Shown: in pieces, positions 1-11,040 of the stretch
Numbering within the stretch: position 1 is the first letter of the stretch
How the letters are laid out: each line of letters begins with the position of its first letter
Assembly (NCBI GenBank): GCA_973895155.1
Contig: OZ316892.1
Coordinates: 4,033,223-4,097,222, forward strand
DNA: 64,000 nucleotides
Direction of reading: 5' to 3'
From: Marsupella aquatica
Taxonomy: Eukaryota > Plantae > Marchantiophyta
The notes under the pieces: generated by a model
The model's database searches: none
What the model was told of the DNA's origin: nothing
Seen by the model: the letters and a program-made list of their open reading frames with translations, nothing else
Translations under genes and position numbers: made by a program

Positions 1-2159
1 CGGCCATGCAAAGCCAGACACTTTCCAAGGCCAGCTACTACCCCCTCTTTGTTGGCAATGCGGAGCTGGAGATCGTGATCTTTTGTAGCAGATAGATTTT
101 GCAATGCCCTGGCTGCTGATATCTGCAGTTCAGGCTTGTTGTCGGCCAATAAGAGCTTTGCCAGGGCATCGAGGACTACCTCTTCATTAGCAATGGTCCA
201 GCTGATAGGATGTGTGTCGGCTAGATTTGCAAGAGTATTGGCTAGTACGCTTTCTTGAAAAGCAGGGTTGTCGTATAAGGCCAGACACTTCACAAGGTTA
301 GCTACTGCCCCCTCTTCATCGTCAATCATACGGAGCTCATTGTGGATGATTGTTGAGGGGTTCAGTACCACAGCTGCTTGTTCAAAGTCTTGATGTTGGG
401 CTCCAGGCAGATTTGTTTCTTGATGGACCTGAGCCTCCTCCTGGATTTGAGCAAGGTAGATTGTAAATAATTGTTGTCCTTACCCTAGAATTGAAGCATA
501 CTTTTAGTGCCCTTTAGCAAGAACATTCTTCAAAGATGTCGGATATATATATCAAACATCAACTGTGAACATCATTTACTTGTTGAAGAACGGCAATGGA
601 TACAACTTACGTACCTCCAACTCAATGGCAATGGTGTCAATAAGGTTTTTCAAGAGGGAAAACCGCTTGTCGATCTTGCTCTTTGGTTGACAAATGGAAT
701 TGTGGTCAGCTTCCACGATAAGGAAGTTATCTCCATGTCTTGATGATGCTTCAGGTACTACCACAACATTGGAATAATTATGTTGACTCTGTCCATTCGA
801 AAGAACAACATACACTTGATCATCAGTATCATCATAAATATTACTGCAAAACCCAACCACTTGCACCACTCCCATACGAACCTGTCAAATTCCATCAAAG
901 ACTGCACAAAACTTACAACAAAACACCTATGAGCAATAAGCACGAGTGTAAGTAATGCATTAAAAACTGTTTCAGATAATAAATGTGCATTCAAATGTTT
1001 TGTTGATGAAACGAAATATGCTCAATATGCGTAATCTATAGATACAACCACTAGATACAGGAAGTGATCCTTGCACACTTACTGATGTTGTTGGGAGACA
1101 TTCGCCAAGTCCAAAGATTAGCCATTTGTACTCTGGCTGCACACCTTCAAACTTGAAGTTCAACCGCTCTGCATTTTCATTTAAAATCCTGAAGAATTGG
1201 AACAATGGGCCCTCTGTTGCTTTTGCAACAATAGAACTTCCATGATGAGGTGTACTGTAATAAAACATACCCCTTACGTTTCCCAGAAACATCTTAAGCT
1301 GCTTCTTTTTAATTGGAGTTCTACTTGAATGGAGCTTGAGCTGGTCATGTGCTTGGCAGCATATTTCTTTGATCACCAATCCTCCAACACAATGACCCAC
1401 CAAGATTACAGGGCAAGAGGTAATTTGCCCAATGCCACCTTCGAGAAGGTCAGATACCAAGTTTTCCCCTAATAGATGCATATCAAAAAATTTAGCAGAT
1501 GCACTATAACTCACTGTAAATATGTGAGCCCCAGGAAAGATATCGGACAACCATTCCTGTGGCCAGATGCAGGAGTCATCCTCGCTTTTCCAGGTCGATA
1601 TATGTGCATCAGACAAGTCTCCAGACCTCAAACCATGGAAAAATATAACTTGCAGTGTAGGAGTCCCCTCGGGCTTGTACAATTCATATAAATAATCATT
1701 CACCTGAAATAGCTGATGAGAACACCATTACGAAATTCAGAGATGGAGCATTGCCTTTGCTCATTCAAGGACCATCTGGGCCAGAAACTGTTGGTAAGAT
1801 GTGCAATTTTGAGACTGGGAGCATCATTCATCAACTTCATTACCATTCCCTCAAGATGATAGAGTTAAGTAGACTCACTGAGTTTCACTTTACTTCAGTT
1901 CTAAACAAGAAGCGGACCCAGTTTCACAATGTAACAACCCGGAGACATGAATACAAAAAATCACAATTTTGGAATGATAGTAAATGGTGTGGCTTCAGAT
2001 CAACAAAGACATGGAGCGAACAAAAAAAAGTTCACAATTAGACGAGACCGAGTTTCTGGAGCGCGGACTCACCGAATGGACTTCTTCGCTTCTGGTATTA
2101 GATCCAGAAGCTTGGGGAGATGCTGAAGAGGAGCCCCAGCCAAGTAGCCGGTGGAACAT
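1..2159 (-). CDS. Alpha/beta-hydrolase (SERAC1/PGAP1-like, NLR N-terminal-type) fused to Armadillo repeats; 3' end lies outside the window
   Basis: GT-AG exons 2073-2159, 1083-1703, 615-788 and <1-440, all phase 0. Hydrolase motifs VIFFHGL, WPQEWL, ILVGHCVGGLVIK, YSTPHHGS, DHNSICQP. The last exon encodes ARM-like repeats (EEGAVANLVKCL..., EVVLDALAKLL...ELQISAARALQNLS, KEGVVAGLGKCL). Confidence 0.8.
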
Positions 2160-4329
2160 TTTGGTGTCCTCACAAACTGCAGTCTTTACGAATCATTAAG
2201 GGAACAAATGGAGAATAGTGCTTGAACGAGTACTCGGTTAACATGAGAGTCGCAGAAAGGACGGGAGTAGTGAACGAGGGCTTTCAAAGAGCAATTGCCC
2301 TCCACATATTCGTCCAAGTCTTCTGCTGGGCATAAGAAGTCAATATCGTAGCTGTACTCCACACAAGTAAAGTTATCCCGTGCTAAACCTCAAGTTCATT
2401 GCCGTGTTCGCCAGCGCACGGGCCTGACCCAACCCTGCCAGCATTCGGATATATTCCCATGTGGCTTGACTTGTGTTATTCCTGCCTTTCCTCCTCTCGT
2501 TGGCCTTCCTTTCTCTGCCCAGAGTTGCGGTGTCGTGCCCTGTTGCAGGAAAGTCCATTGTCAATTGCTTGTGGAAAGGTCTGAAACTCTGAAGATAGCA
2601 TTTATTTCATCATGGAAGAGGTCCCCTCCACTCGGCCTATTGGCTTTCAAAACTCTTTACTACGTCAAACGTGAAAGCTACTAGAAGCGAGAGTCTCTAC
2701 ACGAGCCGTATCTATGTATCACAAATCATATTTGCGACAGGAAGGTCAACGATTAAAGAGGCCCTAGGAACACTATTCGAGAGCAAGAGATGGGTTTTCC
2801 AATAAAAATATCCATTCAAAGAAAAACAAAGAAGAAGAGACCAGCCTTCTGAAGGAAGTTCACAATCGACGAGGAATAGAAAATGATTTTGATAGCTACG
2901 CAAAAGTACTAGTATTACTGGCAGACTCCTGCTAAGAAGATTCTACACTGCAGATGTCCTTTCATGTGCTGCAAAAGCGGTGATCTTTAATTCATCGGAT
3001 AGACTTGCCTGATACTAACGGATGCCGGTCTCTTTGATTTGCGGGTTATTGACAAAGCATTACGAAGGTTGTGTTTCCGTAACATGATTGCAAAAATCTA
3101 GATTCTTAAGGTTTTCATCAGGAAAGTGGGCGGAATGAATTTAACTTATGGGGAAGAATTTGACGACATCAGATTGACCAGACGCTTGAGAATACATTCA
3201 GTATCTAATAGAAGTTTAACTATCCAGTTTCTTTTAGAAGTAAACTACAACCTTCAATTCCATTCTGGGCAGACTCCCTCAACATAAACATATTTTGACT
3301 TCAACAATCGCAGCCACGAGAAGTCAGCTTCAATTTCCAATCGGTAATCTGCATCAGAGAAGTATCTACAAACTTTCTTGAATTTTAAGAGACAGAGAAC
3401 ACCGAGTACCGGTCATGAACTTCACGAGACCCATACAACACCTTCACGAAATAAAGGTTCGTAGCTACCTCTTTGGTCAAACTGCGTCGCGACATGTCCA
3501 CCTATGCTCGGAGCTTGCTCGTCGATTGGCCTTGCACCGTTCCCACTTCTGCAGATGCGAGTCCGAGCCATATTTTCATCTCGGAGACCTCTCTCCCAAG
3601 GTGGTTGATGAAAACAGAGGAGTTGATTAGAGCAGTGACGTCTGGCTGTGCACGTCAAGGTCGGAAGACCCGCAGTAAGGCAATCTTACCAAACAAACTG
3701 CTTGGCGGTGACGTCTTGCTTGGCGAGGACACGTGAACCGAATGCAGCATCTGGCTCATAAACAACCGTATCGATCAAACTTCTTGGAGTCAACAGACCA
3801 TGTCAATCAAACTTGGTCAGGCAAGACTAAGCACCACGACCTGGACAGAACGGAAGAAACGATGGATCTTAGCACTTGCAGCAATCCAGCAAACTCGCGG
3901 TAAGACAATTGCGTTAACGAATGATCAAGGGAACAAATGGAGGATAGTGCTGAAATGAGTTCTTGGTTAACACGAGTGTCGAAGAAAGGACGGGAGTAGC
4001 GAACGAGGGCTTCCAAAGAGCAATTGCCCTCGATAGATTCGTCGAAGTGCTTCTTCTGGCTTAGGAGATTTCTTTTACACTTGCCCTCTCAATCCAACGT
4101 AGAACCAAAGGGGACCCACATAACCATTTTGAGGGACCCACTCCTGTTCATAGAGGATTGAGAGATTTCTTGTACAAGTGACCTCCCAATCTCATATAAA
4201 ACCAAAGAGGTCTCTTGGTATGAATGATTCTGATGAAATCTAGAATCTTGGAAAGTACGGGTCATTTTTGTAAAGCCCCCCTGACGAACTGTAAAACTAA
4301 TCACCTTCGACATGGTGGGATGTCACTTA

Positions 4330-5000
4330 TTTGTACAAGGACAATTAGTTGCCTGATCACCTTTCGATAGTCTGCAGCTTCTCCACATATAAAGCTCCTC
4401 CAGGAAGGTAAACCCAGAGAAGGCAGGATGTGATTGCTATGCTCATGACAGCGTAGATCTTAGGACTTGGACTGAGTTTGTGAAATGCTTCGATTCGATC
4501 TCAACAGTTTGAGTTTATATAAGAAAACTCATGATGTAAACTTAAACCCACTTGTGGTGATGAATTCTGTGCATTGTTTGCAGTACGGTGTCTCCCATGC
4601 TGGATGGACCATATCCCAACGTGTCTGCATGCCGACGAGGTAGAGATAGGTCCTCAAGAATGTACTGTTATGATTAGACACCAATGGCTTTCTCACGGCC
4701 AAGTTCAGGTGGAATTCTGCCTCGAGTTGTTGATACTTGAAACAAAATATGACATCATTCAAAGGGTGATGCTCGAAACAGATTGCTCGAAACCCCTCCT
4801 CTTCGATGCCTTGCCCACGAAACATTGCCAGTCTCTAAATGTGCTTTGTGTATAGCAATATGAATTTTCTTATCAATGGAGGTTGGCAGCGTCACGTTCT
4901 GCCTACGGTATTTATCAAACAGGTTTTGTAAGAGTATCAATGTTACGAAGGCGCCCAGATTTTCTAAAACAAAATCAGATTGTTGGAACAGCTTCATGTT
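4330..5000 (-). pseudogene. Degenerate leucine-rich-repeat (NLR-like) fragment
   Basis: LxxLxL-type peptides scattered across frames with stops and frameshifts: LENLGAFVTLILL, TLPTSID, LRTYLYLVG, FLYKLKLLRIES, PAFSGFTFLEELYMWRSCRL. Confidence 0.5.
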
Positions 5001-5451
5001 GCTGCGTCCTGAATCCCTTACGACTTATTCCTCAATCAAAGATTGGTATGGTTACAAAAGAATGCAGGAATGAAAAAATGATGTATCGCAATTCAATTCT
5101 GCAAGCCCAAGCTCCCTTCTGAGCGGGAGTACACATACTTGCTCTGAATAGGAACAAAGGGCAAACCTAACCTGAACCAATATGAGTATGTTAAGCTCGG
5201 TTTTCCCAATACTCACTTTCTATTTTACATAACTGGCGTCCATAAAACCTCAAGCGGGAGTTTTCAATTCTAAATTCAACCTTTCAAAGGCAGCATCTCC
5301 GGCATCCAAACAGATTCGCCTAAGATGGTTCAAAGAAGCATCACAGAAGCTGATCTTCTAGCTGACCAAAGAAAATTTAGCGTGGATAAGACAGTGCCCA
5401 GATCCAGATCTGCTCAGGAGTGGCATGGGTCAAGCAGCTCACAGGAGAACG

Positions 5452-7341
5452 TCAAGAGGTGTACGAGCAATGAGTGCTGGAAGTATCGCTCAATATGGTA
5501 TAGTTCTTGGCATTGATGGCTCGCTGGTAGCATCCCTCACTGCTCTGATAGGAGAGAGTCTGCTGAGTCGCTCCGATTCCACTAATGGTATTATTCACAG
5601 AGATGAACAAATCCCCAGCGGAGGACTGACTATTGCTCAGAGCACTGAATGCGCTGGATTTCGTTGTCATGGCCTGAAAGTCAGTCTTCAGAGAATGCAC
5701 TATTTTGGAAGTTTCGAGCAGAGAACCATCTGGATAGATGGTTACGGCGATGTCCACATAGAAGGGATAGGAGCTCACAACTCGATCTAAAGCCACCTCC
5801 TTCTCCACGGTTTTCAGAACAACTGTACGTTCAGTTTCTGTGACTTGATTCACAACGCTCACGTTCCCTTCATTGGAATATACCTGAGAGTTGTAAAACT
5901 TCACCGTGTACGAAGAGGAAGTGGTCAAGTTCCCAAAAGAAGATGCCACATAACCCACATAAGAAAATGTACGAGAGGCTGTCGTTGTGAAAGTCCCATC
6001 CAGACCTTTGAAATTGGAATCCAACTTAAAACTAGAGGAGGGAGGAACAGAGAACTCCACCAGTCTTCCGCTTGTTGTCTTTCTTTTCGGATCAACCCAG
6101 ATGTGTAGGTTGGCCTGGACCAGCCAGACATTGAGAGCATCAGTCACCGTCAAGCTGAAGGTATGATTCTTCCCATCCAAGAGAGAGCCTACAAGGGGGG
6201 TGACATCTAAGTCATAGGTCGGAAGATCAAATGCACCAATTGCAGCTGCAGGGCGCCAGAAGAGCGGATTGATTCCGCCAGTGTAGACCACAACGAACGG
6301 ATACACTGTTCCCACCACTTTGCCATCAATTAAGGCTACAACCTCTCGAAATGAACCATTGCCAGGAAGACTGGTGAGATTGTTAGCCTGAATGTACGAA
6401 TTTGGAGGGTTGGTGTACCAGAATTCGTCATTTGAATGTGGAGACAAGCACACTTCCAATACTGCCTTGTAAGTGTTGCGTGGAATCTGCAAGCTAGTGT
6501 TATACTTCTCAGTCTCACTGGAGACCTGAAACCAGTAGCCCCCATTTGGATCATTGATGGGAAGTATTACATCAGCTGGCTTAGCTGAATAGTCATCCAG
6601 GTCGGACTCATTCGAGCCATACGTAGTTGCGTCTGATGGCTGCAAATCATCATCACCCTGAACATCTGCTGCACGTTCCGAATTACTTCCATGACCCGAG
6701 CGATAGAAAAGTACAGAAATAGTCACGTTGATGATGCCGGTGTATGTGCTGTCCACCACGTTGCCTAGAGAGACCACCACTAGCTGAGGTTTCTCCCAGA
6801 GCGAAGCATAGCGAGTGACATCCTTCTCCACCTCCCAGATAATACCATGTGTGGTCGGCTCTGCCGTGCAAGTCCGAAAGATCTCCACCCCACCTAACCA
6901 AACGCCAGCAATTCGGTCAAACTGGCGGCCTTTGCATACAGCACTCCACTTGAGCACTACCTTGTTCCACTTATTCTGGCGCAGAACCTTCCTGGTGGGG
7001 ACATAACTGGCGTTAGGAGTAGGGACGCCATAAGTATCAGCAAACTCGTGATAGAGCAGCTTAATGGTTTCTACATGATGATCGCCAGTGGTAATTGGTT
7101 TCGAAACCTCGAAGAAGCGTTGTGGCCAGTTGGGATTGCCGACTTTGCTGGATCTTTGATAATACTCTTCCTGCTGCTGTGACCGATCTGCCACAAGCCT
7201 GTGAGATAATCTGGGTGGCCCTCGTACAATGTCGGCTACTGACTGCCCAACGCTGCCAAGTAAGAGGAGGAAGAGGATAGTGATGCCTGTAGACCCACAT
7301 ATTGGGTGGGCTGCACACAAATTGGAAGCAAGTTCAGACAT
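5452..7341 (-). CDS. Peptide-N4-(N-acetyl-beta-glucosaminyl)asparagine amidase A (PNGase A), intronless, ~629 aa
   Basis: Uninterrupted ORF with first ATG at 7341 and an N-terminal hydrophobic signal. Family motifs GRQFDRIAGVWLGGVEIFRTCTAEP, HSNDEFWYTNPP, GNGSFREV, YTGGINPLFWRP. Confidence 0.95.
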   Translation of the reverse strand: MSELASNLCAAHPICGSTGITILFLLLLGSVGQSVADIVRGPPRLSHRLVADRSQQQEEYYQRSSKVGNPNWPQRFFEVSKPITTGDHHVETIKLLYHEFADTYGVPTPNASYVPTRKVLRQNKWNKVVLKWSAVCKGRQFDRIAGVWLGGVEIFRTCTAEPTTHGIIWEVEKDVTRYASLWEKPQLVVVSLGNVVDSTYTGIINVTISVLFYRSGHGSNSERAADVQGDDDLQPSDATTYGSNESDLDDYSAKPADVILPINDPNGGYWFQVSSETEKYNTSLQIPRNTYKAVLEVCLSPHSNDEFWYTNPPNSYIQANNLTSLPGNGSFREVVALIDGKVVGTVYPFVVVYTGGINPLFWRPAAAIGAFDLPTYDLDVTPLVGSLLDGKNHTFSLTVTDALNVWLVQANLHIWVDPKRKTTSGRLVEFSVPPSSSFKLDSNFKGLDGTFTTTASRTFSYVGYVASSFGNLTTSSSYTVKFYNSQVYSNEGNVSVVNQVTETERTVVLKTVEKEVALDRVVSSYPFYVDIAVTIYPDGSLLETSKIVHSLKTDFQAMTTKSSAFSALSNSQSSAGDLFISVNNTISGIGATQQTLSYQSSEGCYQRAINAKNYTILSDTSSTHCSYTS

Positions 7342-9837
7342 TCCCACAATCTCTCTTGCGAACTTCGAATTGTACTTCCTGCGGAGCTTTGAGTTACCGA
7401 GGAGGAGCTACTAACAGTCGTTGCTTGGAAGCCAAACAAACATAGCATGGGCATGGCAAGAGGGATTCAATTGCAAACCCGTGCATTCTCAGTCGGGCAT
7501 GACGAGCGAGAACAGAATAATTCAGCTTATGTTTAACATCTCTCGAATTCGGCTTGATTGTTCAGTGTCTCGCACTTGAGTTTTGAAAAATAAACACTAC
7601 ACCCAACTGGGGACGAGGAACTCATCACCTGGCATAGAGAGCAGAGCAATAGACCCCACACCCTAAAGGGGCTAAGACTAACAACAGCGACGAATGCTAG
7701 AGAGAACAGCTCGAATCAAGGACGGCAACAAAAAGACAGCTCATGCCTCAAACGAGGGATGACTGTGATGGTGAGAACCGCTCCATTCAAACAAACAGCT
7801 GAGTACAAGAGGGAGTTCACGTCATACCGGTGTGGGGCCATGCATTCTGGATAGCCATCCTTCTGCTACAATGCTGGCTGGCTGGAGGGTTGCAGAAGAC
7901 CTGCATAAGAATTCCTCGGCGGATTGGAACAGATCTTCAATTGAGCGACCACCAGCAGGATCAGCATCGGTGCCGGAGCACAGTCATTGCCCTCAACCAG
8001 CTCAATGTGTCAGCTGAAAGGTGCTCTCTCTTCTCATTCCCAAATGCCTATAGCGGCAACAGCCACAGCCCCATTTCTCTCACGATAGAGTGCCCCTTCT
8101 TGCGATCTGACCGCCCCGTTGCTGCACCAACCGAGCAAGGAACTCTGCTCGCCGCCCATGTCCTTCCTCCTCCTTGCTCTTCTCTAGTCTCAACACCTGC
8201 TGCTGCTGCTCCTCATTTCACAAAGGAATACAAATCAGCAGCTTTTGTCATTGCATATACTAGCAGATTGAGCTTCCGCTCCCAGTTTTCACTTGCAGGC
8301 ACTTCGACAAAGTGCTCAAGTCTGCAGTGGTCGTAGACCGGTATTTTCATGCTCCCCAGAGGAGCAGAGTTGTAGAGTTAAAAGTTTTCTAAAGCTTTCT
8401 AAAGCTTTGCTCGAAGGAGTGCGAACGGGAGTCCCCCCAGTCAGCAAGGAACACTGTTGGAGAAAAGCTGTGGCGTTCAAAGTGAAGATGAAGGAAGAAT
8501 CGTGTACCAGATCTGAAAGGACGGTTAACACCGCTAACTGGACAATAAAAACTTGAGGGAAATAAATCGGACGGACTTGCAAAATTCAGCGAGCCCCTAG
8601 GACACATGGAGTCTGACGCAAGTTAATCAATAATTAGAACAGAATTACATTTGAGGCTCTATGATGCTCGCGCATTAAAAGCATCTCCAAACTTTGAGAC
8701 AGAGACAGTTAAATCACTTAATAGCGGCAGTGCATCTACCTCTTTGAGCGAACTGGGTGGCGATGTGGATGCGCCCTCCACTTTAGCAAAAGTATCGACC
8801 AATAATTCTCTCACGGTCAATGACTTGTCGGCAGCCGGTCCTGGAATAGATTTTGTGGATCGGCTCTACTGACATCTGGTGATTTTGAACTTTCAATGGA
8901 TAGTCCCATCCTATAACTCCTCTCATCAGGTCTCATCTGTGGTACTGGGAGGCTGGGAGCATTTCCCCGGCCACGATTCTGAGATGGAAGATGCATCGAG
9001 CAGGCCACTACGTACACCACACTCCAGAATTGCTCGTAACGTTTGGGAGCAGCTTGCGCGCATTTGGTGTCAGCAGAACCGTAACTTCCTCTTCAAAGTG
9101 CGTTACGTAAAAGTTGTCCAAACCCGAATGAGACACCAGAACCTGGGAATTCAAAACAGAATGCAGTAATGAGAGAGTTTAAAACGGACAATCAAACTCA
9201 CTACACATATTTTATTTCGAGGTCGGCAGACCCGCAGTAAAGAAATCTTATCACCAAACAAAATGCTCCGAGATGACTTCACAAACGCCATCTGACCCGA
9301 ACAAAGCAGGCTCAACCACACACTCAACTCGATCAAATTTCTTCTACAACAAACAAACAGGGATCGGCGAGCTCATGAAATGCCGGCCATGTCAATCAAT
9401 AAAACTCCAGCTAGGCTGTGCCAACAAGCTACCAGGACATGGACGGAACGGCAGGAACGGCAGGAACGAGGGATCATATCATGGTCATCGATCGACAATT
9501 TTGGTGTCTACGAATCACAAACGGCAAGGATGGATTGTGCAGCTTTAACAGGTGCATGAAAAAGGTGACGAGAGCTGGAGAAGAGAGAATCAAGGCCTCC
9601 GAGGTCCGAAAAGAACAACATATTATTAGTCCAGAGAGGTCCACAGTCCATACCTCTGTAGCTGTACTTCACTCAATGACAGTAATTCGGATCGATGTCT
9701 TCCATTTCCGCTTTGGAATACAGTAATCCTGTGAGCCAAAACATTACTGTGCTTCTCTTCGAGAGGATGACTGTCGTTGGCAGTGCACAAGAATGGACCA
9801 ATCACAGAATGCCATGTCAGCAGTTATTAAAGCTCGT

Positions 9838-10490
9838 GAACATTGGCATAGGGTCATTAGAGCATCTACAACGGTACCTCCAAAGGGCCCTTAATGCATT
9901 TACAGATTTTTCTGTTTTTGTACTTTTCAGAGCAATATTGGTGTAGGGTCATTGGATTTAGTGATTTTTCTGTTTTGTATTTTTCAGGACAACATTGGTG
10001 TAGGGTCATTGGAGCATCTCCAATGTGCCCTTCCTGATCAGCCCTCTAATGGCTTTAGAGATTTTTTCTGGTTTTGTAGTTTTCAGAGCAATATTAGTGT
10101 TGGGTCATTGGATTTGGTGATTTTTCTGTTTGTATTTTTCAGGGCAACATTGGTGTAGGGTCATTGGAGCATCTCCAAGGTGCCCTTCCTGATGAGCCCC
10201 TTAATGCCCGTAGTGATTTTTTTCTCTTTGTATCTTCAAGGCAATATTGGCGTAGGGTCATTGGATTTAGTGCTTTTTTTGTTTGTACTTTTCAGGGCAA
10301 TATTGGTGTAGGGTCATTGGAGCATCTCCAAGGTGCCCTTCCTGATTAGCCCCTTAATGCCCTTAGTGATTATTTTTTTCTTTGTATCTTCAAGGCAATG
10401 TTGGCGAAAGGTCATTGGAGCATCTTCAGAGGGCTCCAAAGAGCCTTTCAGTGCCCTCAATGATTTTTCTGTTTGCGTTGTTCAGGACAA
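9838..10490. repeat. Tandem repeat with alternating ~97/~56-bp subunits (higher-order period ~154 bp)
   Basis: The core TAGGGTCATTGGA recurs near 9851, 9946, 10003, 10102, 10158, 10255, 10311 and 10409 (spacings ~95,57,99,56,97,56,98). Confidence 0.9.
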
Positions 10491-11040
10491 TTTTGGAGAA
10501 GGATGCACAAGAACAGGTCAGATTGAATTCAGATTTTCAGTCAAAACAATAATAGGTTCTGCCTGCGACTATTTAAATGCTTTGTGTGAGTCCCGCTTCT
10601 CCATGTTCCAATTATCAGACACTGCATACAGCCAGATATTTGAACCCCAACCATAAATTCCAGAATTTAAGGAGTTCAAGAGAATCTTGGTCTCCTGAGC
10701 TCACTTAGTGATACAGCCTAATGTAGTGGGCGAATGGTCTTCAATCTAAAACCATAGCCACAGAAGTAGTCCCGACTCGACTACTGTGTACGCAAAGGAA
10801 GTTGGGTGAATAGTGCCAGTGAATCTCCTGTCACAACAGTCGCAAACAGCCAAAAAGACTCCTGGTCGATTGTTTCGAGTGCAGCTCATCCCCAAAGAAC
10901 CTAGTATCTCAGCACTCTCTCCAGCTTGGTTACTAATGAATGTCTGGGACTGACAGTCGGAATCCCTATACTGAAAATGAATTGTCATCTTAATTTTAAA
11001 AAATGAATGCAGCAAGATCTTATTCAGGTCGGGTTACCTC

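Noticed and set aside
7830-9020. ORFs 7830-8336(+), 8316-8582(-), 8651-8872(+)
   Set aside because: No recognisable motifs. The minus strand looks like decayed coding sequence, but no family could be assigned.
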